From Verrucomicrobiota bacterium (GTDB lineage: Bacteria; Verrucomicrobiota; Verrucomicrobiia; Opitutales; Opitutaceae), in contig JAPLTN010000073.1 in assembly GCA_026398135.1 (NCBI GenBank), positions 18,043 to 42,042 of the forward strand: a stretch of 24,000 bases of DNA, written 5' to 3'. This document shows positions 16,235 through 23,713 of the stretch, one piece after another. The translations under genes were made by a program, and so were the position numbers. Under the pieces are notes generated by a model. It was not told the DNA's origin, ran no database searches, and saw only the letters and a list, made by a program, of their open reading frames with translations. Position 1 is the stretch's first letter; each line of letters opens with the position of its first letter.

Positions 16235-16984
16235 TTAGAGCACCGCATGCAGCGCATCCATGCCCGCATCCGACACCATCACGTAGGCGAGCCGGGCGTC
16301 CGCCCAAGTGACGGCGGCCAGGTTACCTTCTTCGCGAAACCGGGGTTTCACATCAAAACCCGCACCACCGAAATCATCCCGTCGTGCAATGTAGAGATGC
16401 ATCTCGCCCACGCCTTCGCGCACGAAACACACCTCCAGCAACTCGCGTCCCGCGATGGTCACGGTGCGGCAGCCGCCCGCCTTGAGTGCCGCGAAATCCA
16501 GCGGCAGTCCCGCCGCCAAACGGAAGCGCGCATCGGCCAGAATGGTCTTCAAGGCACCCCGTCCGCCCAGGGCCAGCGGCGCGTGTTCCGGCGAACTCAT
16601 CTCCGCCATCACCCCCAGAGCCAATTGCTCCGCACCGGGGCCGGATCGCAGGCCGTTCCAAAACACACCGAGACCAAAAACCAGCGTCAGGCTCGCCGCC
16701 AGCGCGAGGGCTCGGCCGGTTTGCCACCACGGCGTGGAGCGCTGCATTCTCGCGCCGGCCAGAATGGCGTCGCGCAGACCGGGCGGCGGCCCCACTTCGC
16801 GCAAACGCTCCGCCACCGCCGAATCGAAGGCCTGTTCCCGCGCCAGCCAGCCGGTCAAAACCGGATCGCGCGCGGCCTGGGCCAGCGCCTCGGAAAAGGG
16901 CGCTTGCGCATCATCGCGCCCATCGGGACGCCGCGCCTGCAGGATGAATTTTGCCTCGTTGGTATTCATGATGTTTTTCGCCAT
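16235..16984 (-). CDS. Membrane anti-sigma factor (single TM, periplasmic C-terminal domain)
   Basis: It immediately follows and overlaps the ECF sigma gene. The N-terminal cytoplasmic region is followed by one TM segment (ALALAASLTLVFGLGVFW). An alternative start at ATG 16969 forms an ATGA overlap with the sigma stop (16966-16969). Confidence 0.6.
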   Translation of the reverse strand: MAKNIMNTNEAKFILQARRPDGRDDAQAPFSEALAQAARDPVLTGWLAREQAFDSAVAERLREVGPPPGLRDAILAGARMQRSTPWWQTGRALALAASLTLVFGLGVFWNGLRSGPGAEQLALGVMAEMSSPEHAPLALGGRGALKTILADARFRLAAGLPLDFAALKAGGCRTVTIAGRELLEVCFVREGVGEMHLYIARRDDFGGAGFDVKPRFREEGNLAAVTWADARLAYVMVSDAGMDALHAVL

Positions 16985-17526
16985 TCCCGTCCCTCTTGGT
17001 TTAAAAACGGAATCACTTTGCGTTCCTCCGCCCCCGCCAGCCGCCCCAGTGCGGCGCGCAACTGCGCCTTCCCGCGCGAAAGCCGCGACATCACCGTGCC
17101 GACCGGCACCTCCAGGAGCGCCGCGATCTCCTGGTAGGCCATTTCCTCCAGATAAAACAGGGTGAGCGCCGCCCGGAATCCTTCGTCCACTTCCTGCAAG
17201 GCCTGCACCACCAGCTTGGCGTCGAATTTCAGATCGAGATTTTCCGCCTCGTCCGCCGGATCCTGTTCACCGGGCGGCAAATCCTCCAACGCCGTCACCC
17301 TCGCCCCGCGCCGCCGCCCGCGCAGAAACTCGCGGTAGAGGGTGGTAAACAGCCACGTCTTCGCCTTGGCAATTTCGCGCAACGACTGCCCCTTCGTCGC
17401 CCACACGTAGAAGGTCTGCTGCACCAAGTCGCACGCATCGGCTTCGCTGCGCGCCAAACTGAGCGCGAAACGATACAGGGCCGCGTAATGCGCATCGACC
17501 AAGCGGTTAAAAAGTTCATCTGCCAT
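16966..17526 (-). CDS. ECF-type RNA polymerase sigma-70 family factor
   Basis: Region 2 reads YAALYRFALSLARSEADACDLVQQTFYVW. Region 4 HTH reads FYLEEMAYQEIAALLEVPVGTVMSRLSRGKAQLR. The start is taken at ATG 17526 (MADELF...); the track start at 17556 is the alternative. Confidence 0.9.
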   Translation of the reverse strand: MADELFNRLVDAHYAALYRFALSLARSEADACDLVQQTFYVWATKGQSLREIAKAKTWLFTTLYREFLRGRRRGARVTALEDLPPGEQDPADEAENLDLKFDAKLVVQALQEVDEGFRAALTLFYLEEMAYQEIAALLEVPVGTVMSRLSRGKAQLRAALGRLAGAEERKVIPFLNQEGREWRKTS

Positions 17527-17739
17527 TGCAGGCAAGAGATACGAACCGCCCCGCATATTCCCGTTAAATACGATAATTCATCAAAACGTCACGTATCGGA
17601 GCGTTTTCAGCGGCGGCAAAAACGAACATCCGCTCGCTGTGCAGCCGTTCTTTCCGAGTTCTTGCCGCTCCTTCTGCGCATGCACCTCCGCGTTTTTCCT
17701 TCCGCCGCCGCCCGCGCCCGCCACAGTGGCCGTTTCCGC

Positions 17740-20196
17740 ATGCTGCGCCTCCTGCTCCCGCCCAATCTTCCCGCCGCCGCCATCCGCGACGCCATCCCGG
17801 TCAAAGTCGAGTTCGACCCCGCCACCCCGCCCCCGCCCGCGCAACTGCCCGCCCTCGCCCTGCTCTCCCGTATCTGCGGCGGAGCCCCCACCCCGCCGCC
17901 CTTCGTCCAGCTCACCCGCACCCAGCTCCGCGAACTGGTCGCCGCCCTCTCCGGCCAGCCCGTCTTCGCCGCCATCGCCGAACCCGCCAAAAGCCTGCTC
18001 TGGCTCGGCCCCCGCCTGCGCGGCGTCAGCGAACACCTCACCGCCGCCACGCCGCTGCCCGCCACCCCGCCCCCGCCCGCCGCCTCCGCCGGTCCGCGCT
18101 CCCTCTCAATGCGCACGCCCCGCATCGTGCCGCGCGACGAACCCGTCACCCCTATGCAAGTGGACGGCAGCGAACACTTCCTCGCCATCTCCCTGCCCTC
18201 CCGCGAAGCCCCCGCCTACGCCGCCGCCCGCGAACTGCTCTCCGCCCAGGGCTTCGCCCTCGATCCATCCTCCAAAAAGTGGTGGCTGCGCGACCGCCAC
18301 AAGGTGCTCAACTTCCTCGCCCAGCACGGCGACACCCTGCGTTCCCGCTTCCACGCCGACTTCACCCCCAACTTCGACAAAAACGCCGCCCTGCTCGCCA
18401 CCGCCGAGGTCGAGACCAAGGTCACCGACGCCGGCAATGGCGAATTCTCCGTCACCGTCGGCCTCGCCGCCGGCAAGGTCACCGAAGAGGACCTGCGCAA
18501 CGCCCTCGCCACCGGCCGTCGCTTCGTCGAGGACGGGAAAAAAATCTACCTCCTCCCGCCCGAGCAAATCGAACGCCTCGCCAAGGCCCAGGCCGCGCTC
18601 GCCGGCGGCACCGCCGCGCCGGTCGTGGCCCGCAAGGTCCAGCGTGTCACCGCCGCCCGGATACCCGAGCTCCAGGAAATGCTCGACGAGCTCTCGCCCG
18701 ATTACCAGCCGCCCGCCGCCTGGCGCCGTCGCGCCGAGGCCCTGCGCGACCTCGAAAAACTGGAGGCCGCCCCCCTGCCCCCTACCTTCGCCGCCACCCT
18801 TCGCCCCTACCAACACATCGGCGTCGCCTGGCTCTGGCACCTCCACCGCCACGATCTCGGCGGCATCCTCGCCGACGAAATGGGCCTGGGCAAAACCGCC
18901 CAGGCCATCGCCCTGCTCTCCGCCATCGCCCACGCCGCGCCGGAGAAAAAACGCCAGCCATCCCTCGTCGTCTGCCCCGCCTCCCTGGTCGAAAACTGGC
19001 GGCGCGAGGCCGCCCGTTTCGCCCCCGCCCTGCGCGTCTTCGTGCACCACGGCAGCAACCGCCTGCCCTCCGTCGCCGCCGCCAGCGACTACGATATGTT
19101 TATCACCTCCTACGGCACCCTCGGCCGCGACTCGGAGCTGTTTTCCGAGATCGACCTCGCCACCCTGATCGCCGACGAAGCCCAGCACGCCAAAAACCGC
19201 CGCTCGCTCAACGCCCGCGCCCTGCGCTCCCTCCACGCCCGCAGCCGTCTCCTCCTCACCGGCACCCCGGTGGAAAACTCCCTCGAAGACCTGCGCACCC
19301 TCTTCGAGATCGTGCTCCCCGGCTACGTGGACGCCAAACTGCCCGCCTCCGCCGGTTCCGGGGTCAAGACCACCGACCGCGACTGGCAGGACGAACGCCT
19401 CCGCCGCCAGACCGCACCCTACATTCTGCGCCGCACCAAGTCCGCCGTCGCCACCGAGCTCCCGCCCAAGATCGAGCAGGTCATCCACTGCACGCCCACC
19501 AGCGAACAGCTCTCGCTCTACAACGAATACCAGCGCAAATCCGAGGACCAACTCAACGCCCTCGCCGCCGACGGCGCTTCGGAAAACTCCCAGCGCATGG
19601 CCACCCTCACCCAGCTCCTCCGCCTGCGCCAGATCTGCTGCGATCCGCGCCTGGTCGAGCAAATGGCCGAGGCCTCCTCGTCGTCCAAACTCGAAGCCTT
19701 CCGCGAACTGCTCGCCGAAGCGGTGGACGACGGCCACCGCCTGCTCGTGTTTTCCCAGTTCACCAGCCTGCTCGGCCTCCTCCGCGACGAGTTGGACAAA
19801 CAGGAACTCACCTACTGCTACCTCGACGGCTCCACTCCGCAAAAACAACGCCAGGCCGAGGTGGACCGTTACAACACATCGCCCGACATCCCCGTTTTCC
19901 TCATCTCGCTCAAGGCGGGCGGCACCGGCCTCAACCTTACCGGCGCGGACACGGTGGTGCACTTCGACCCGTGGTGGAACCCCGCCGCCGAGGCCCAGGC
20001 CACGGATCGAGCGCATCGCATCGGCCAGACCAAAGTCGTGACCAGCTACAAGCTGATCTGCACCGGCACGGTGGAGGAAAAGGTCATGATGCTGCAGGAC
20101 GAAAAACGCCGCCTCCTGGCCGACGTCTTCGAAGCCAGCGACGCCGTAAACGCCAAACTCACCCTCGCCGACCTGCGCAGCCTGCTGGTGGGTTAG
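17740..20196 (+). CDS. SNF2-family (RapA/HepA-like) DEAD/DEAH-box helicase with long Pro/Ala-rich N-terminal region
   Basis: Helicase motifs: ILADEMGLGKT (I), IADEAQHAKN (II, DEAQ), LLLTGTPVEN (III), and C-terminal LISLKAGGTGLNLTGADTVVHFDPWWNPAAEAQATDRAHRIGQ (V/VI). The track ORF starts at 17488, inside the divergent sigma gene, so ATG 17740 (or 17680) is preferred. Confidence 0.9.
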   Translation: MLRLLLPPNLPAAAIRDAIPVKVEFDPATPPPPAQLPALALLSRICGGAPTPPPFVQLTRTQLRELVAALSGQPVFAAIAEPAKSLLWLGPRLRGVSEHLTAATPLPATPPPPAASAGPRSLSMRTPRIVPRDEPVTPMQVDGSEHFLAISLPSREAPAYAAARELLSAQGFALDPSSKKWWLRDRHKVLNFLAQHGDTLRSRFHADFTPNFDKNAALLATAEVETKVTDAGNGEFSVTVGLAAGKVTEEDLRNALATGRRFVEDGKKIYLLPPEQIERLAKAQAALAGGTAAPVVARKVQRVTAARIPELQEMLDELSPDYQPPAAWRRRAEALRDLEKLEAAPLPPTFAATLRPYQHIGVAWLWHLHRHDLGGILADEMGLGKTAQAIALLSAIAHAAPEKKRQPSLVVCPASLVENWRREAARFAPALRVFVHHGSNRLPSVAAASDYDMFITSYGTLGRDSELFSEIDLATLIADEAQHAKNRRSLNARALRSLHARSRLLLTGTPVENSLEDLRTLFEIVLPGYVDAKLPASAGSGVKTTDRDWQDERLRRQTAPYILRRTKSAVATELPPKIEQVIHCTPTSEQLSLYNEYQRKSEDQLNALAADGASENSQRMATLTQLLRLRQICCDPRLVEQMAEASSSSKLEAFRELLAEAVDDGHRLLVFSQFTSLLGLLRDELDKQELTYCYLDGSTPQKQRQAEVDRYNTSPDIPVFLISLKAGGTGLNLTGADTVVHFDPWWNPAAEAQATDRAHRIGQTKVVTSYKLICTGTVEEKVMMLQDEKRRLLADVFEASDAVNAKLTLADLRSLLVG

Positions 20197-20240
20197 GTCA
20201 CACACTGTCGCGACACAAGGCCGTCCGTACTTTGCCTTTC

Positions 20241-20278
20241 TTGACCCGCTGAGCATTTTCGCATAAAAATGTTTTTAT
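20241..20278 (+). promoter_or_regulatory. Putative sigma-70-type promoter plus palindromic operator for vapBC-1, possibly giving a leaderless mRNA
   Basis: TTGACC (20241-20246), a 17-nt spacer, then TAAAAA (20264-20269). The palindrome ATAAAAA-TG-TTTTTAT (20263-20278) spans the -10 and the first two bases of the vapB ATG (20277). Only 7 nt separate the -10 from the ATG, and no SD is visible. Confidence 0.35.
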
Positions 20279-20537
20279 GAGAACCACCCTCGACCTGCCC
20301 GACCCGCTGTTTCGCGAACTCAAGGCCCGGTCCGCCTTGCGCGGTGTGCTGCTCAAGGACTTCGTCGCCGAAATCATCCAGACCGGCCTCGCCCAAACCA
20401 CCGCCGCCCAGGCTGAAGCCCGTCCACGCAGTCCCCTGCCCGTGATCCGCAAGGCCACCGGCGTCGCCCACCCCGCCCTTTCCAACCGCGAAATCGACGC
20501 CCTGCTCGTCGCCGAGGATGCCCATGGCGGCAATTGA
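20277..20537 (+). CDS. vapB: Type II antitoxin, VapB-like
   Basis: 86 aa. The N-terminus MRTTLDLPDPLFRELKARSA is typical of antitoxins paired with PIN toxins. It overlaps the downstream PIN gene by 20 nt. Confidence 0.7.
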   Translation: MRTTLDLPDPLFRELKARSALRGVLLKDFVAEIIQTGLAQTTAAQAEARPRSPLPVIRKATGVAHPALSNREIDALLVAEDAHGGN

Positions 20538-20958
20538 CGTCCCCGACCTCAACCTCTGGCTCGCCCTCATCGACCCGGACCACGCGCACCACACCCGCGC
20601 CCGCCGCTACTGGGATCACGAGGCCGCCGCCGAAATCGCCTTTTGCCGCGTTACCATGCTGGGCCTGCTTCGCCTGCTCACCAACTCGCGGGTGATGCAT
20701 GGAGTGCCGTTTACACCCGGCGAGGCCTGGGATGCCTACCGCGCCTTCGCCGTGTTACCCGAGGTCTATTTCGTCGAAGATTCCCTCGCCGCCGAAAAAC
20801 GCTTTGAACTCTGGAGCCGCGTCCCTGGATTTCCCGCCCACCGTTGGACCGACGCCTGGATCGCCGCCCTCGCCTCGTCTGCCGGAGCCCGGGTCGTCTC
20901 CTTCGACTCCGATTTCACCAACTTCCCCGACCTCGATTTTCTCCACCTGCGCCCATGA
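20518..20958 (+). CDS. vapC: PIN-domain ribonuclease toxin, VapC family
   Basis: IDVPDLNLWLALIDPDHAHH matches the DVNVWLAL-type N-terminus carrying the first acidic residue. The C-terminus is DAWIAALASSAGARVVSFDSDF. ATG 20524 is an alternative start. Confidence 0.8.
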   Translation: MPMAAIDVPDLNLWLALIDPDHAHHTRARRYWDHEAAAEIAFCRVTMLGLLRLLTNSRVMHGVPFTPGEAWDAYRAFAVLPEVYFVEDSLAAEKRFELWSRVPGFPAHRWTDAWIAALASSAGARVVSFDSDFTNFPDLDFLHLRP

Positions 20959-21150
20959 CCGACACCAACCAAAAGAAGCTGGGCTTCCACCCTCTGGAGC
21001 ATCGCTGACCAACTGCGCGGGGCGATGGATGCGGACGATTTCCGCGACTGCATGCTGTCCTTCCTCTTCCTGCGCTACCTCTCGGACACCTTACGCCCCC
21101 TCAAATCGGTATCAGGTTTAAAACACTCGCCTATACCGCCGCCTCGTTGA
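20955..21150 (+). pseudogene. hsdM: Type I restriction-modification methylase (HsdM) N-terminal remnant, frameshifted and truncated
   Basis: ATG 20955 (ATGA overlap with the vapC stop) gives MTDTNQKKLGFHPLEHR*. The adjacent frame, from 20995, gives WSIADQLRGAMDADDFRDCMLSFLFLRYLSD, the conserved HsdM_N start. Removing one T in GGCTTCC (20982-20988) restores LGSTLWSIADQLRG. Similarity ends near 21090 and the frame stops at 21148-21150. No methylase catalytic domain follows. Confidence 0.7.
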
Positions 21151-21204
21151 CCACCGCTGGCAAATCGCCATCATGGTAAATTACCAGCCAGGCCCAATCT
21201 CGCC

Positions 21205-21447
21205 ATGATCAAAACCCAAGTTCAGATCCCCGATCATCTTTACCACGAGGCCAAGCGTGTCGCCGACGATTACGAGATGAGCTTCGCCGAAGTTGTCCGC
21301 CGCGGCCTTGAACGCGTGACCGCCGAGTTCCCGCGTCGCGCCCGCCCTGGCGCATGGTCCCCGCCCGCACCCGAAAACCTTGGCTGCTACCCGCTCTCCG
21401 CCGCCGAACTTAAAGCCGCCGCCCAAGACAACGAACCAAGCCTTTAA
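21205..21447 (+). CDS. Type II antitoxin, ribbon-helix-helix (CopG/VapB-like)
   Basis: 80 aa. MIKTQVQIPDHLYHEAKRVADDYEMSFAEVVRRGLERV reads as beta-strand, helix, helix. It lies immediately upstream of a PIN gene. Confidence 0.65.
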   Translation: MIKTQVQIPDHLYHEAKRVADDYEMSFAEVVRRGLERVTAEFPRRARPGAWSPPAPENLGCYPLSAAELKAAAQDNEPSL

Positions 21448-21481
21448 TCGCGCCTCCTTACCCTCGCCTCCCACGCGGCCC

Positions 21482-21922
21482 ATGCTCTCCCTCGATACCA
21501 ACCTGCTCTTCTACGCCTTCGCCGCCGACCGCCCCGAGCACGCCGCCGCGCTAGCCTGGCTTACCCCACTGCACGCCTCCGCCGACATCGTTCTCTCCGA
21601 GTTCGTCCTCGTGGAATTCTACCGGCTACTGTGCAACCCCACCGTCTCCCGCCAGCCCAAATCCGCCGCCGCCGCCGCCGCGATCATCCAGAACTACCGC
21701 GCCCACCCCGCCTGGCGCATCCTTGGTTTTACCCGCGACAGCACCGCCCTTCACGACGAACTCTGGATCCACGCCGCCGCCCCGCAGTTTGCCTACCGCC
21801 GCATCTGCGACGCCCGCCTCGCCCTCACCCTCCGCCACCACGGCGTCACCGAGTTCGCCACCGCCAACGTCAAAGACTTCGAGGGCTTCGGGTTCACCCG
21901 CGTCTGGAACCCCTTGGCATAG
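21482..21922 (+). CDS. vapC: PIN-domain toxin, VapC family
   Basis: MLSLDTNLLFYAF is the LDTN-type first acidic residue. Other blocks are VLSEFVLVEFYRLL and CDARLALTLRHHGVTEFATANVKDFEGF. The track ORF (21380) extends upstream into the antitoxin gene, so ATG 21482 is preferred. Confidence 0.8.
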   Translation: MLSLDTNLLFYAFAADRPEHAAALAWLTPLHASADIVLSEFVLVEFYRLLCNPTVSRQPKSAAAAAAIIQNYRAHPAWRILGFTRDSTALHDELWIHAAAPQFAYRRICDARLALTLRHHGVTEFATANVKDFEGFGFTRVWNPLA

Positions 21923-21924
21923 GG

Positions 21925-21946
21925 CGTTGGCCGGGACGCCCAACCA
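21925..21946. repeat. Degenerate REP-like hairpin copy (gcgttggccgggacgcccaacc)
   Basis: It shares gcgttggccgggacg with the REP units but the right arm has diverged (gcccaac instead of gccaac). It sits directly after the vapC-2 stop codon. Confidence 0.35.
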
Positions 21947-22025
21947 GGCCGGCTGATGGGGTTTTGCCCGCATAGAATGCCGGTATTCTTCGCTAATTCC
22001 CAAATACGGGCTTCACCGTAACTGT

Positions 22026-23006
22026 ATGTCCGTAACTCCCGCCGCGTCCCCACTCAACGACCCGGCCTACGATATTACCCTTCGCGTGGGTTGCAGTCTG
22101 GCCTACGAGGCGACCGGCCCAGCCTGCGTTTTACTCAACCTTCAACCGCGACGAAACCGCCACCACGCCCTCGTCTTTGAGGCGCTGACCCTTGGCGACG
22201 GACTGCCAAGCGAGGCTTTTACCGACACCCACGGCAACCTCGTCTGGCGGGTGCAACTCGCCCCCGGCACGAACTATTTTCGCCACGACGCCATCGTCGC
22301 CGCCTCCTCACTGCCCGACAACCAGGACCTGCCCGCTTCCGCTGCGCTCACCCCCGCCGAACTACCCGCCGATTTGCTCCGCTACGTGCTACCCAGCCGC
22401 TACTGCGATTCGGACAAACTCACCAACTTCGCCTGGGAGAAATTCGGCCAGATCGAACACGGCCTGCCCCGCGTGACCGCCATCAGCCAGTGGATCCACG
22501 AAAACATCGAATACCGCTTTTTCTCCGGCCGTTCCGACCTCTCCGCCTGGGACGTGCTGCAACGCGGCTACGGCGTGTGCCGCGACTTCGCCCACCTCGC
22601 CATTGCCCTGAATCGCACCTTCAACGTGCCCGCCCGCTACGTCACCGGACACCTGCCCGATATCGGCTACCCCGACCTCGGGAACCACATGGATTTCCAC
22701 GCCTACGCCGAAGTTTACCTCGGCGGCCACTGGTTCACCACCGACGCCCGCTTCCATGTGCCCCGCATCGGCCGGATCAAAATCTCCTGCGGGCAAGACG
22801 CGGTGGATGGCGCCTTCTCCACCATTTACGGCGGCGCGAGCCTCAGCTATTTCCAAGTCTGGGCCTACCAAGTCGCGCGAGGCACCGTGGGCGTGGGCGA
22901 CCCGCTGGATTTCAGCCTCCGGCTCGATAACCGAACCACCATCACGACCGAGCCGGCTTATCGGGTACCGCCGCCTAACGTTTATCCTGATTCACCATCA
23001 GGCTGA
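22026..23006 (+). CDS. Transglutaminase-family protein (Bact_transglu_N + transglutaminase core)
   Basis: The Cys-His-Asp core is YGVCRDFAHLAIAL (Cys), DFHAYAEVYLGGHWFTTDA (His, Asp). The N-terminal domain is typical of bacterial transglutaminase-like proteins of about 300 aa. Confidence 0.9.
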   Translation: MSVTPAASPLNDPAYDITLRVGCSLAYEATGPACVLLNLQPRRNRHHALVFEALTLGDGLPSEAFTDTHGNLVWRVQLAPGTNYFRHDAIVAASSLPDNQDLPASAALTPAELPADLLRYVLPSRYCDSDKLTNFAWEKFGQIEHGLPRVTAISQWIHENIEYRFFSGRSDLSAWDVLQRGYGVCRDFAHLAIALNRTFNVPARYVTGHLPDIGYPDLGNHMDFHAYAEVYLGGHWFTTDARFHVPRIGRIKISCGQDAVDGAFSTIYGGASLSYFQVWAYQVARGTVGVGDPLDFSLRLDNRTTITTEPAYRVPPPNVYPDSPSG

Positions 23007-23010
23007 ATTA

Positions 23011-23165
23011 GCCGGTGTCGCGTTGGCCGGTGTAGCGTTGGCCGTCTCCGGCCAAAGACCAGTTTCCGTCTCCAAACCCTTGGCCGGGACGGCCAACCCT
23101 ACACCAATCACATCCCGCGTCGCGTTAGCCTGTGTAGCGTTGGCCGTCCCCGGCCAATTTAGCCT
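23011..23165 (+). repeat. REP cluster A: one full about 88-bp composite unit (23029-23116) plus partial units
   Basis: The unit is gtgtagcgTTGGCCGtctcCGGCCAAagacc..gtttccgtctccaaacccTTGGCCGggaCGGCCAAccctacaccaatcacatccc. Hairpins lie at 23038-23055, 23080-23096 and 23140-23157. A tandem 15-mer NGTGT(A/C)GCGTTGGCC occurs at 23014-23043. Confidence 0.85.
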
Positions 23166-23199
23166 TTCCGAAATCCGAACGCCCTACCGATAATCCCGA

Positions 23200-23664
23200 T
23201 CAAAACGTCAGGTTCACAATTTCACCGGTAAAAGGCCACTCCGCCGCATCGTTCACTAGCCCCGCCCGCACCGGGTTGTTCACTACATAATTCCATTTCT
23301 CCGACAGACTCTCCTCCCGCCTCAACACGTGATCGAAAAACCCAGGCTGCCACTCACCTCGATCTTCACCTGCCACCGCGTTGCTCAAAACGCGCTTCAA
23401 CCCCCTCACCGTCATGTCGAGTCGGCGCTCAGGTGCCAATCGCACGAAAAAATGCATATGATCCGGCATAATAACATATCGACCGATGGAGACCCCCATA
23501 GCCTTTCCACGCAGGCCAAACTCCTGCCAGGCAACATGAATCTCCGGTTTGGCCAACCACGGCCTGCGCTGCAACGCACAGCACGTGATAAAATAAACCG
23601 GCCACTTGTTATCGCCGAATGGATTTATCCGGGGCGGACGCCCCTTAAAAACGACTGGCGGCAT
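23200..23664 (-). CDS. REP-associated tyrosine transposase (RAYT; IS200/IS605 TnpA-like HUH Y1 enzyme)
   Basis: The HUH motif is in YVIMPDHMHFFV. The catalytic-Tyr helix is WNYVVNNPVRAGLV (the YxxxNP(V)xAGL pattern). It is flanked on both sides by REP units. The start is set at ATG 23664; the track ORF's first 101 codons (to 23967) are read-through of REP repeats. Confidence 0.85.
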   Translation of the reverse strand: MPPVVFKGRPPRINPFGDNKWPVYFITCCALQRRPWLAKPEIHVAWQEFGLRGKAMGVSIGRYVIMPDHMHFFVRLAPERRLDMTVRGLKRVLSNAVAGEDRGEWQPGFFDHVLRREESLSEKWNYVVNNPVRAGLVNDAAEWPFTGEIVNLTF

Positions 23665-23713
23665 GGGTGAAACGTCGCCCGTTAGCGCATAAAAGATCAA
23701 CTCTCTAAACTCG

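Noticed and set aside
17488-17739. 5' extension of the SNF2 ORF to 17488, and similar extensions of the AraC ORF (9252-9317), the vapC-2 ORF (21380-21481) and the DinB ORF (15322-15387)
   Set aside because: These extensions overlap neighbouring genes (divergent or same-strand) and encode non-conserved sequence. Internal ATGs give sensible gene boundaries.
17821-18080. Exact 20-nt direct repeat gccaccccgcccccgcccgc at 17821 and 18061
   Set aside because: It lies inside the coding region and encodes a low-complexity ATPPPPA motif twice. It is most simply compositional or an internal duplication of a proline linker, not a mobile or regulatory repeat.
17639-20256. Very long alternative-frame and antisense ORFs over the SNF2 gene (17639-19168 +, 18279-20252 +, 18106-20256 -, 716 aa)
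   Set aside because: Their translations are low-complexity P/R/A/G-rich strings with no motifs. The 17740-20196 frame carries the full set of SNF2 helicase motifs. Long stop-free shadow frames are expected at this GC content.
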